A DNA stretch of 64,000 nt from Pseudomonadota bacterium (GTDB taxonomy: Archaea; Thermoplasmatota; SW-10-69-26; JACQPN01; JAJPHT01): assembly GCA_021325135.1 (NCBI GenBank), contig JAJPHT010000039.1:99493-163492 (forward strand). Reading direction: 5' to 3'. Both the position numbers and the translations under genes were made by a program. How positions within the stretch are numbered: position 1 is the first letter of the stretch; every line of letters begins with the position of its first letter. The notes beneath the pieces were generated by a model. It was not told the DNA's origin. It was given only the letters and a program-made list of their open reading frames with translations, and made no database searches. Positions 10,149 to 19,000 of the stretch are shown one piece after another.

Positions 10149-10703
10149 CTACTGGAGCTCCATCACGGTCACGGTCGCCGTGATGGGCGCCGGGCCGCCG
10201 CCGTACTTGATGGCCATCTTGCCGGGGGCCGCGGTGCCGGCCTTGTTGGCGCACGCCGCGGGGGACTGGTCCACGGGGCCCGGGAGGCTGCACGTGGCGC
10301 CGCCAATGCTGACGGTGACGCCGTTGGGGTCGGGCGCGGCAGGCGCGCCGCCGGCGATGGCCCACGTGACGTTGAGGACCAGCTTGGTGTAGCCGGCGTC
10401 GATGTTGCAGGGCGTGTCAGCGGGGGGCGTCGGCGCGCCGCCGTTGGGCGTCTCGGTGAAGTCGACGTTCGCCGAGCAGGCCTGCTTGGGCGCGAGGGTG
10501 GCCGGCGTCGTGCTGTTCGTGTCCGTGCCGCCGGGGCTGGTGGGCGTCGTGCCGGCGGGCGTGCTGCCGGTGGGCGACGAGGGCGTGGCGTCGGTGGGCG
10601 TCGTCGCGCCGGTGTCGCCGCCGTTGTCGTTGTTGTTCGACTTGCCGAAGCATCCGGCGAACGCGAGCATCGCCGCCAGGACGAGGACAGGGACCAGCCT
10701 CAT
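10149..10703 (-). CDS. putative lipoprotein
   Basis: Lipobox FAGC and Thr/Pro linker; C-terminal domain similar to 9237..9680. Confidence 0.78.
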   Translation of the reverse strand: MRLVPVLVLAAMLAFAGCFGKSNNNDNGGDTGATTPTDATPSSPTGSTPAGTTPTSPGGTDTNSTTPATLAPKQACSANVDFTETPNGGAPTPPADTPCNIDAGYTKLVLNVTWAIAGGAPAAPDPNGVTVSIGGATCSLPGPVDQSPAACANKAGTAAPGKMAIKYGGGPAPITATVTVMELQ

Positions 10704-10850
10704 GAGGGGGCGGACGGCGGAGGGCTACCTGAAGGTTTCGAATGCAATGTTGAAGGCTTTCGCCGGAGCCCTCTGGTCGCGGCTGCCCGAATCGGGACGC
10801 AGGCGTCCAGGGCCGAACGTTCAAGACCATCGCCTGCGCTGCGCCGCGGC

Positions 10851-11516
10851 ATGGCCCGCCGCAAGCCGTCGACCGGCGTCTCCACCGCCGCCGTGGTCCG
10901 CGACTACATCGACACGCACCCCTCCATCAAGGACGGCATGCGCATGGGCATCATCAACCTCAGCGCGCTGGCCCGGAAGATCATGGAGGAGAAGGGGCTC
11001 AAGTCCGAGGAGGCGGCGCTCATGGCGTGCCGGCGCTACGAGCTGGACCCCAAGAGCCGCATCAACGAGGAGGCCATCCTCAAGGTGCTGCGCCGCAGCA
11101 AGCTGGAGATCCGCACGAAGGTCGTGACCATGACGGTGCGCCCCTCGTGGCACATGTACGGCAAGCTCGAGAAGGTCATGAGCGCGATGCGCGGCCGCGA
11201 GCAGAACGTCCACATCATCCAGGGCACGGCGGGCGTCACGGTCATCATGGACGGCGCGGTGGCGAAGGAGGTCCGCGACATCGTGGGCGAGGACGAGATC
11301 CTCAAGGAGGCCAAGGACCTCGTGGAGCTCATCGTCACCTCCCCCGAGGTGGTGGAGGACGTGCAGGGCGTCGTGGCGTTCCTGTCCAGCAGCCTCTCGT
11401 CGAAGGGCATCAACTTCGTCGAGCTGATCTCGTGCTTCAAGGACACCATGTTCGTCATCGAGCAGGCCGACATGATGGCGGCGTTCGACACGCTCAACCA
11501 GATCATCTCGATGTAG
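10851..11516 (+). CDS. archaeal ACT-domain regulatory protein
   Basis: N-terminal IINLSALARKI helix and a C-terminal ACT-like repeat (GVVAFLSSSLSSKGINFVELISCFKDT). Confidence 0.82.
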   Translation: MARRKPSTGVSTAAVVRDYIDTHPSIKDGMRMGIINLSALARKIMEEKGLKSEEAALMACRRYELDPKSRINEEAILKVLRRSKLEIRTKVVTMTVRPSWHMYGKLEKVMSAMRGREQNVHIIQGTAGVTVIMDGAVAKEVRDIVGEDEILKEAKDLVELIVTSPEVVEDVQGVVAFLSSSLSSKGINFVELISCFKDTMFVIEQADMMAAFDTLNQIISM

Positions 11517-11573
11517 GCGCCCTCCGGAACCTTCCGCGAAGGCGATATCGTTCCTGGAGGCCCTCGCCGCGGC

Positions 11574-11840
11574 ATGGCCCGAACGGGTGCTTTGGCGGTG
11601 GGGTTGGCGGCGGTCGTGATCGGCGGCGCGCTTGGCGTGATGGGCGTCTTCCTGGCGCTCGCGTCGGGGAGCTTCCTCTCGGGGGACGCGCAGCATCACG
11701 ACGGGTTCTTCGGCCTGGGCGGCGGCGATTCGCAGTCCGCCTCGGTGCCCACCGCGCCGTGGATCGGCCTCCTGCTCGCGCTCGCGGGAGTCGCGATCTT
11801 CTCCTTCGGGCTGCGCGGCATGATGGAGGCCTCGGACTAG
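11574..11840 (+). CDS. small two-TM membrane protein
   Basis: Two hydrophobic segments; stop overlaps the convergent NUDIX gene. Confidence 0.65.
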   Translation: MARTGALAVGLAAVVIGGALGVMGVFLALASGSFLSGDAQHHDGFFGLGGGDSQSASVPTAPWIGLLLALAGVAIFSFGLRGMMEASD

Positions 11841-12547
11841 CCGGGGAGGAGCCCCTTCTCGCGCGCCGCGCGGAGCGCCGCCTCCTGGAGCGCCACGCGG
11901 TAGGCGAAGCCCCCGATGTCGGCGGCGCGCATGCGTGCATGCACGGCACCTTCCAGCTCCTCGGGCGAGAGCAGCACGACGGCCTTGATCTCGTTGGTGT
12001 CGCGCGGCTCCAGGGCGCCCCCCTGGGGCACGGCCCAGAAGACGTGGCTCTCCCAGTACTCCGGCTCGTCGGCCTTGGGGGGCGTCTCGGCGGCGAAGCG
12101 CGCCAGCGAGTCGAACACCCACTCGTCGCTGCGGCCGCGCCGGCTCGCCTCCGCCAGCGCGTGGGGGCTGGGCGTCGCGTGCGTGCCCAGCGTGAAGTGG
12201 CACGAGACGCGCAGCAGGTAGTCCGTGATGCGGACCTTGAGCCCCGTCTCCTCGTAGGCCTCGCGCTCGGCCGCGGCGTCCAGGGGCTCGCCGGGCACGA
12301 CGCCGCCGCTGGGGGGCCGCGCGACGCCCTCGGGGTAGCTGTGCTTCACGATGCAGACCAGCTTGCCTTCGAAGGGGATGAGGATGGTCGCGTCCCGGTA
12401 GCGCCCGTCGGTCTTGCTGAAGCGCAGCAGGTTGAACTCCCACTCGCGCATGGGCACGTCCAGGGTCATCTCGGAGGGCTCGCCGTAACGCTCCCGCAGG
12501 CGCGCCACGTCCTCGCTGCGGCGGTGGGAGGGCGAGCCCTGGCTCAT
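11837..12547 (-). CDS. NUDIX hydrolase
   Basis: Nudix box GGVVPGEPLDAAAEREAYEETGL. Confidence 0.88.
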   Translation of the reverse strand: MSQGSPSHRRSEDVARLRERYGEPSEMTLDVPMREWEFNLLRFSKTDGRYRDATILIPFEGKLVCIVKHSYPEGVARPPSGGVVPGEPLDAAAEREAYEETGLKVRITDYLLRVSCHFTLGTHATPSPHALAEASRRGRSDEWVFDSLARFAAETPPKADEPEYWESHVFWAVPQGGALEPRDTNEIKAVVLLSPEELEGAVHARMRAADIGGFAYRVALQEAALRAAREKGLLPG

Positions 12548-12607
12548 GCGCGTGTGTGACGCCTTCCGCCTCTTCAATCATGTCGGGCTCCCTTCGACGG
12601 GGCATCC

Positions 12608-13654
12608 ATGCGCTTCAAGGGGGAGTTCGCGCTTTGCCGACGCGTGCGCGCCTGGGCCTTGCTGCTCGTCGCCCTCCTGCTGGCGGGATGCAACCTTCCC
12701 GGGCCCGCGCCTGCGGCCTCCTCGACCCCGCCCGTGACGTCCACGCCCAGCCCGACCCCACCGGGAGCGTTCGACGGGCAGCGCGCCTACGAGGACGCGG
12801 CGGCCCAGGTGCTGGGGCCCAACGGCTCCGTCCGGTATCGCGTCCCCGGCACGCCGGGCAACGACGAGGCGGCGCGGATCATCGCGGACGACCTCGCCGC
12901 CCTGGGCTGGAACGTGACGTGGGACCGCTGGAACGCCACGTACCGGTGCGAGCCCATCGAGATGCACAACGTCGTGGCCGAGCGCGCGGGGACGAGCGGC
13001 AAGGTCGTCATCCTCGGCGCGCACTACGACACGCGCCCCATCGCGGAGAGCGACCCGGACCCCGCGAACCGCACGAGGCCCATCCCGGGCGCCAACGACG
13101 GCGCGAGCGGCGTCGCGGTCCTCCTGGAGTTGGCGCGCTCGCTGCCGCCCACCCCCGACACGGTGAGGCTCGTCTTCTTCGACGCGGAGGACGGCGGCGA
13201 CATGGGCGACGGCTGCACGGACTGGCTCCTGGGCTCGCGCCACTACGCGGAGAACATGACGCTCGCGGACCGCAACCGCACGAAGGCCATGGTCCTCGTG
13301 GACCTCGTGGGCGATCCCCACCTCCGGTTGCCGCGCGAGCTTTCGACCTACGTCACGGCGGGCCGCCCCGTGCAGGACCGCATCTACAGCATCGCGGCGG
13401 GGCTGGGCTACGCGCAGTTCACCAACGAGTCGCGCCCCGGCCAGACGTTCAGCATCGAGGACGACCACCAGCCCTTCTACCAGGAGCAGGTCCCCGCGGT
13501 GGACCTCATCCACCTCGTGGCCGAGAAGACCGCCTTCCCCGAGTGGCACCACACGCAGCACGACGACCTCTCCCACGTGAGCGCCGCGAGCCTGGAGGCC
13601 GTGGGCCGCGTGCTGGATCGGTGGCTCGTGGAGGGCGCGCAGGCCGGCCCCTAG
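12608..13654 (+). CDS. M28 family metallopeptidase / glutaminyl cyclase-like lipoprotein
   Basis: Lipobox LLAGC; motifs GAHYD, GANDGASG, FFDAED, EDDH and WHHT. Confidence 0.9.
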   Translation: MRFKGEFALCRRVRAWALLLVALLLAGCNLPGPAPAASSTPPVTSTPSPTPPGAFDGQRAYEDAAAQVLGPNGSVRYRVPGTPGNDEAARIIADDLAALGWNVTWDRWNATYRCEPIEMHNVVAERAGTSGKVVILGAHYDTRPIAESDPDPANRTRPIPGANDGASGVAVLLELARSLPPTPDTVRLVFFDAEDGGDMGDGCTDWLLGSRHYAENMTLADRNRTKAMVLVDLVGDPHLRLPRELSTYVTAGRPVQDRIYSIAAGLGYAQFTNESRPGQTFSIEDDHQPFYQEQVPAVDLIHLVAEKTAFPEWHHTQHDDLSHVSAASLEAVGRVLDRWLVEGAQAGP

Positions 13655-14322
13655 CCGCACACCTTCGAGATGCCGTGGACCTGCCCCAGGATCGTGCTGA
13701 CGATGGCCTGGTAGTATTGCAACGCCTGGCTGTTCACCACGATCACGTCCACGACGTCGCCGTCGCGCAGGATCGCGCTGCCCCCGGCGAGGCACTGCAC
13801 GCGCGCGGTCGAGACGAAGTTGTCCGCGTGCTGGGCGTCGGCGAACTTCGCCGCGATCACGGTGATGGCGTCGGAGCGGCCCCCCGCGCTGAGCACCTCC
13901 AGCCACGCCTCCGCGGGGCGCGTCTCCTCGGTGCCCACGTCGTCCAGGTGCTCCTGCGGGACCTGCCCGGGGTTGGACGTGATGCCCCACTGGTCCTGGA
14001 TGTCCTGCGGCACGTCGGGGAGCTTCAGCCCGCGGGGGATGGCGCTCCCCTCCACGAGGTACTCGTGGGGATACGCGAAGGGGCCCGTGTTCGTGGCGTA
14101 GAGCACGGCGCCCGCGCCGCCCGCCAAGAGGACGAGGGCGACGGCGGCGGCCACCAGGAGGCGGCGCTTCGTCCAGCGCGCGGGCGCCGCGGCGCGCGGG
14201 GGCGGCGGCGGAGCGGCCGGCGCCTGCGGCGGGGGCGGCGCGCGGGGGGGAAGGTGGACGGGCGCGTCGGCCTCCTTGGGGTCGAGGCGGAATCGCACGC
14301 GAGCGCACCGCCGGCTCCGCAC
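13651..14322 (-). CDS. membrane-anchored hypothetical protein
   Basis: Pro-rich N-terminus, a single TM segment and an extracellular domain; start uncertain. Confidence 0.65.
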   Translation of the reverse strand: MRSRRCARVRFRLDPKEADAPVHLPPRAPPPPQAPAAPPPPPRAAAPARWTKRRLLVAAAVALVLLAGGAGAVLYATNTGPFAYPHEYLVEGSAIPRGLKLPDVPQDIQDQWGITSNPGQVPQEHLDDVGTEETRPAEAWLEVLSAGGRSDAITVIAAKFADAQHADNFVSTARVQCLAGGSAILRDGDVVDVIVVNSQALQYYQAIVSTILGQVHGISKVCG

Positions 14323-14372
14323 ATGAACCTGCCTCGCGAAGGCATTTGAGCGGAGCGCGGAATGGTCCGGCG

Positions 14373-14876
14373 ATGATGGACGAGGCGTCCCGCAAGAAGG
14401 TCCTCCGCATGGTGCCCTACGGGCTCTACCTCGTGGGCGTGCGCCGCCGCGAGGTGAAGGACGTGGCGAAGGACCTCAACGTCTTCGTCGGCTCGTGGCT
14501 CACCCAAGTCTCGTTCAAGCCGCCCATGCTCGTGGCGGGCTTCCGGCGCGACGCGCACTCGCTGGAGATGGTGAAGGAGTCGGGCGTGTTCACGGTGAAC
14601 GTCCTGGGCAGCGACCAGAAGGACCTCGCCGCGCGCTTCTTCAAGGATGTGCCCGTCACGGACAAGGAGATGGCCGGCGTGCCTTACGTGCGCGGGGCGC
14701 ACACGGGCGCGCCCGTGCTGCCCGACACGCCCGCGCACGTCGAGTGCGAGGTCGTCCACGTCTACGAGGGCGAGAACGACCACGCCGTCGTCGTGGCGAA
14801 GGTCGTCGCGTGGGAGCACCGCAGGGAGGCAAAGCCGCTCACCCACGCCGAGACGGGCTGGCACTACGCGGGCTGA
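14373..14876 (+). CDS. flavin reductase family protein
   Basis: Motifs SWLTQVSFKPP, FTVNVL and DHAVVVA.V. Confidence 0.9.
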   Translation: MMDEASRKKVLRMVPYGLYLVGVRRREVKDVAKDLNVFVGSWLTQVSFKPPMLVAGFRRDAHSLEMVKESGVFTVNVLGSDQKDLAARFFKDVPVTDKEMAGVPYVRGAHTGAPVLPDTPAHVECEVVHVYEGENDHAVVVAKVVAWEHRREAKPLTHAETGWHYAG

Positions 14877-14934
14877 AGGGCCGGCACCCGTCGGGAACGC
14901 CGAGGGTGGCCGCTTTCGCCAAGCCCCCCGGCTC

Positions 14935-14946
14935 AAGTATATACTT
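14935..14946 (+). promoter_or_regulatory. TATA-like element upstream of korAB
   Basis: Palindromic AAGTATATACTT in a GC-rich background, about 80 bp before the ATG. Confidence 0.5.
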
Positions 14947-15026
14947 CTGAGGGCTTTGAAAGGACAACCCCTCCCTGAATGCTTATCCCAGGCTTTCCAC
15001 CATGGCAGGGGGCCGGGAGCCACAGC

Positions 15027-16859
15027 ATGGCGCAACCCATCGTGAACAACGTGAGCTGGCGCATCGGCGGCCAGCAGGGCGAAGGGATCGACAGCACGGG
15101 CGACATCTTCGCCAAGGCGGTCGCCCGCTGCGGCCTCCACCTCTACACGTACCGCTCCTTCAGCAGCCGCATCCGCGGCGGCCTGACCTTCTTCGAGGTG
15201 CGCATCTCGGACAAGCCGGTCCACGCGCGCCCCGACACCGTCGACATCGTCCTCGCCCTGGGCCAGGAGGTCATCGACGCGACGCTGGAGACCATCTCCC
15301 GCAACGCCATCGTCCTCTACGACAGCGACGCGTTCACGCCCGAGCTGGACGCCAAGCACAAGGACCACGTCCACCTCGTGGGCGTCCCCATGACGAAGAT
15401 CGCCGAGGCCAACGGCAGCAAGATCATGCGCAACATGGTCGCCCTGGGCGCCAGCGCCGCGCTGCTCAACATGGATCTCAACGTCTTCTTCGAGTTCGTG
15501 CAGGAGCGCTTCGGCAAGAAGGGCGACAAGGTCGTCAACATGAACAAGGCCGCGCTCACGCAGGCCTACCAGACGGTCAAGGACACCTTCCACGCGCCCC
15601 CGCAGTGGGTCCTGGAGCGCCGCCCGCTCCCCAGCACGGGCCGCCGCCTCGTCATCAACGGCAACAGCGCGCTCTCCTTCGGCGCCCTGGTGGGCGGCGT
15701 GCGCTTCGTCGCGGGCTACCCCATCACGCCCGCCACCGACGTCATGGAGTGGTTCATCGACCACGGCGAGCCCTACCACGCGGCGGTGGTCCAGAGCGAG
15801 GACGAGCTCTCCGCCATCAACATGATCCTGGGCGCCAGCTACGCGGGCGTCCGCGCGCTCACCGCCACCAGCGGCCCGGGCCTCTCGCTCATGACCGAGG
15901 CCATCGGCCTCGCGGGCAAGGCGGAGCACCCCGTCATGATCGTGGACGTGATGCGCCCCGGCCCCTCCACCGGCCTCCCCACGAAGCACTCGCAGGCGGA
16001 CCTCAACTTCGCCATCTACGGCGGGCACGACGACTTCCCGCGCATCGTCGTCTCGCCCACCACGGTCGAGGAGGCGTTCTACCTCGTGCAGCACGCCCTC
16101 AACTGGATGGAGGAGTACCAGCTCCCCGTCTTCTTCCTCATCGACCAGGACCTGGCCATCGCCAACTGCCCGCTGGACTCGCTGGACCCCAAGCGCGTGC
16201 CCCTCAAGCGCGGCAAGCTCCTCACCCGCGAGGAGGCCGCGCAGTTCGTCCCGGACACGTACAAGCGCTACGAGTTCACGCAGGACGGCGTCTCGCGCCG
16301 CACGATCCCGGGCTACCCCAACACGCTCTACCTCGCCTCGGGCTCCGAGCAGGACGACCGCGGCGTCATCACCGAGAACAAGGTGAACCGCAACCGCATG
16401 ATGGAGAAGCGCGAGCAGAAGCTCGTCACCTTCCAGCAGCACGTGAGCTACCCGGTCGTCGACGTCGCGGGCCCCAAGGAGGCCAAGGTCGGCGTCATCT
16501 CGTGGGGAAGCACCTCGCTCGCGTGCGACGAGGCCATCTCGCGCATGGCGGGAGCGAAGCGGAGCGGAGCGGATGCGAGCACCACAGGCGGCGCGCCCCG
16601 CGCCGCCGCGGAGCGCAGCCCGTCTGGAATCAAGCGCCTCGCCATCAAGGTCCTCTGGCCCTTCCCCGCCAAGGAGGTCAAGGCCTTCCTCGACTCGTGC
16701 GACGTCGTCTTCGTCGTCGAAAACAACTTCAGCGGCCAGCTGGCCGGCCTCATCCAGAAGGAGATCGGCGGCCACGAGAAGATCCGCAAGATCGTCAAGT
16801 ACGACGGCACCCCGTTCCGGCCGTCGGAGATCGTCCACGGCATCCAGGAGGAACTCTGA
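15027..16859 (+). CDS. korA: 2-oxoacid:ferredoxin oxidoreductase, alpha subunit (gamma-alpha fusion)
   Basis: Motifs GGQQGEGI, AGYPITPAT, EDELSA, TATSGPG and GPSTGLPT. Confidence 0.95.
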   Translation: MAQPIVNNVSWRIGGQQGEGIDSTGDIFAKAVARCGLHLYTYRSFSSRIRGGLTFFEVRISDKPVHARPDTVDIVLALGQEVIDATLETISRNAIVLYDSDAFTPELDAKHKDHVHLVGVPMTKIAEANGSKIMRNMVALGASAALLNMDLNVFFEFVQERFGKKGDKVVNMNKAALTQAYQTVKDTFHAPPQWVLERRPLPSTGRRLVINGNSALSFGALVGGVRFVAGYPITPATDVMEWFIDHGEPYHAAVVQSEDELSAINMILGASYAGVRALTATSGPGLSLMTEAIGLAGKAEHPVMIVDVMRPGPSTGLPTKHSQADLNFAIYGGHDDFPRIVVSPTTVEEAFYLVQHALNWMEEYQLPVFFLIDQDLAIANCPLDSLDPKRVPLKRGKLLTREEAAQFVPDTYKRYEFTQDGVSRRTIPGYPNTLYLASGSEQDDRGVITENKVNRNRMMEKREQKLVTFQQHVSYPVVDVAGPKEAKVGVISWGSTSLACDEAISRMAGAKRSGADASTTGGAPRAAAERSPSGIKRLAIKVLWPFPAKEVKAFLDSCDVVFVVENNFSGQLAGLIQKEIGGHEKIRKIVKYDGTPFRPSEIVHGIQEEL

Positions 16860-17738
16860 ATGAGCGCTCCCGCTGCGCAGAAGACCATCAAGGACTGGCA
16901 GACGACCACCGCGTCCTGGTGGTGCCCGGGGTGCGGCGACTTCGGCGTCCTCGCCGCGCTCCAGCGCGCCCTGGCGAACCTCGGCTACGAGAACCACGAG
17001 GTCACCGTCGTCTCGGGCATCGGCTGCTCGGGCAAGCTCTCGGGCTACATCAAGTCGTATAGCTATCATTCCCTCCACGGCCGCGCGCTCCCGCCCGCGC
17101 AGGCGATGAAGCTGGCCAACCAGGGCCAGAAGGTCATCGTCGTGGGCGGCGACGGCGACGGCTATGGAATTGGCGCGGGCCACTTCGTCCACGCCGCGCG
17201 GCGCAACGTCGACCTCACGTACATCGTGATGGACAACGCCATCTACGGCCTCACCAAGGGGCAGGTGTCGCCCACCTCCCAGCTTGGCTTCGTCACCGCC
17301 ACGACGCCCCATGGCAACCACGAGGCGCCGGTCAACCCCCTCGCGCTCTTCCTCGCGGCGGGCGGCACGTTCCTGGGCCAGGGCTTCTCGGGCGACCAGA
17401 AGGGGCTCGCGCAGCTCTACCAGGACGCCATCGAGCACCCCGGCTTCGCGCTGGTCAACACGTTCAGCCCCTGCGTGACGTTCAACAAGGTGCAGACGTA
17501 CCAGTTCTACCGCGACGCGCTCGTGACGCTGGACGGCGTGAAGGTCCCGCACGACCCCAGCAGCAAGCAGGCGGCCATGCAGAAGGTCCTCGACGGCAAC
17601 GTCTACAACGGCCTCCTCTACAAGGAGATCCGCCCCACCGCGGAGAGCCAGATGGAGGCCCTCAAGGGCGTCAAGTCCCTCGTGGAGGCGCCCTTGACTG
17701 GCCAGGACTACACGGAGCTGCTCAACGAGTACCGCTGA
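16860..17738 (+). CDS. korB: 2-oxoacid:ferredoxin oxidoreductase, beta subunit
   Basis: Motifs WCPGCGDFG, SGIGCS, GGDGD..GIG, YGLTKGQ.SPT and SPCVTFN. Confidence 0.96.
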   Translation: MSAPAAQKTIKDWQTTTASWWCPGCGDFGVLAALQRALANLGYENHEVTVVSGIGCSGKLSGYIKSYSYHSLHGRALPPAQAMKLANQGQKVIVVGGDGDGYGIGAGHFVHAARRNVDLTYIVMDNAIYGLTKGQVSPTSQLGFVTATTPHGNHEAPVNPLALFLAAGGTFLGQGFSGDQKGLAQLYQDAIEHPGFALVNTFSPCVTFNKVQTYQFYRDALVTLDGVKVPHDPSSKQAAMQKVLDGNVYNGLLYKEIRPTAESQMEALKGVKSLVEAPLTGQDYTELLNEYR

Positions 17739-18363
17739 GCCGCTGCCCCTGCCGCTCGGCCGACGCGGCGCGGCTCCCCTCGTGGACGAGCTTGAGCCCG
17801 ATGGAGGGCCCCAGGCCCGCGCCGTAGCCAAGCTGCATGTTGAGCATGGCCGCGGGCTCCAGCCAGCGCGCGTTCTTCAGGGGGCCTGCATCCACCGGAT
17901 CGAAGCCGATGCCCTCGGCCAGCTGGAGGACGCGCCGCTTGGCCCCCTCGTCGTCCGCCGCCACGAACGCGCTGATGCGCTCACCGTGGACCTGGCCCGT
18001 GCCCATGTTCTGCGCGAAGACGGTGTTGAACGCCTTCACGACCCGGGCGCCGCGGGCCCACTCCTGGACCTCCTCGGCGCCGCTCTTCTGGAGGTTGCCG
18101 ACGTAGCCCTCCTTGCCCACGGCGTTGGTCACGTCCACGAGGACCTTCCCCTGGATCGCGTCGCCCATCTCGCGCAGGGCGTTCTGCCGCTCGGCGAAGG
18201 GCACCGCGAGGACGACGACCTCGCCCCACTGGGCAAGCTCCTTCACGCGGCCCGGCTCCCGGCCGACCGCCTGCACCTCGTGGCCCGCGCGGGTGAGCCC
18301 CTGCGTGAGCGCGGTCCCGACGTTCCCGTCCCCGACGATGGCGATCCTGCTGAAGGCCGGCAT
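17722..18363 (-). CDS. NADPH-dependent F420 reductase-like dinucleotide-binding protein
   Basis: Motifs IAIVGDGNVG, VLAVPF, VDVTN, VVKAFNT and DAGPL. Confidence 0.88.
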   Translation of the reverse strand: MPAFSRIAIVGDGNVGTALTQGLTRAGHEVQAVGREPGRVKELAQWGEVVVLAVPFAERQNALREMGDAIQGKVLVDVTNAVGKEGYVGNLQKSGAEEVQEWARGARVVKAFNTVFAQNMGTGQVHGERISAFVAADDEGAKRRVLQLAEGIGFDPVDAGPLKNARWLEPAAMLNMQLGYGAGLGPSIGLKLVHEGSRAASAERQGQRLSGTR

Positions 18364-18423
18364 GCTGGAAGGCACCGCCCGGCAACGCCGTGGGAGGTGC
18401 ATCACGGTGTCGGCTGGCGCGCG

Positions 18424-18759
18424 CTACCGCGAGACTCCCGTCCGGTTGCGGTCCCCCTTGCGCTTGCTGCGCGAGCGGGGCTGCTGGGCCTCGACCTGGG
18501 CGACGCGCTCGGCCTCGCGCTCCAGCGTGGCGTAGACGCGCAGGCCCAAGGGCGTGGGGTAGACCCAGGTGCGCATGGGGCGCTTGGCCTTGCGCGTGAT
18601 GAGGAAGGCGACGAGGTCGTAGCGGCCCAGGATCTCCAGGGGGTCGGGATCGAGATCGTCCGCGTGGAGCCGCCCCCGTTCGACGACGTCCGAGAGGATG
18701 CCCAGCACCCCCTCTGGCTCTTCCAGGAGCTGGGCCAGAAGCGCGTCGAAATCGGGCAC
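18424..18759 (-). CDS. small hypothetical protein, possible winged helix
   Basis: VPDFDALLAQLLEE...WVYPTPLGLRVY, ending in a wing/LT..G-like motif and a basic tail. Confidence 0.55.
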   Translation of the reverse strand: MPDFDALLAQLLEEPEGVLGILSDVVERGRLHADDLDPDPLEILGRYDLVAFLITRKAKRPMRTWVYPTPLGLRVYATLEREAERVAQVEAQQPRSRSKRKGDRNRTGVSR

Positions 18760-18860
18760 GTCATTCCCTGTGCCCCTTCCAGTTCTTAGGGTTGTGGCCG
18801 GAGGACCAAAAGGAAGGCCACAAGGCTGAAGAAGGGCGGATGCGCCGGCAAACTGACGGG

Positions 18861-18912
18861 TCCGTTTCGCGTGGAGTCTCGCTCCGCGAACCGCGACTCC
18901 ACGCGAAACGGA
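18861..18912. repeat. perfect 18 bp inverted repeat
   Basis: TCCGTTTCGCGTGGAGTC-N16-GACTCCACGCGAAACGGA. Confidence 0.85.
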
Positions 18913-19000
18913 GGCCAGGCCGGAGCGACCCGGAAAGGTCCAAATACTGCCATGCAATCACGGCGGACGGAGCGGCCCGACCGCTCGGAATGACTCGGCC

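Noticed and set aside
14025-17831. 1268 aa minus-strand ORF
   Set aside because: Antisense shadow of the flavin reductase and korAB genes; stop codons are scarce at this GC content and it has no recognisable motifs
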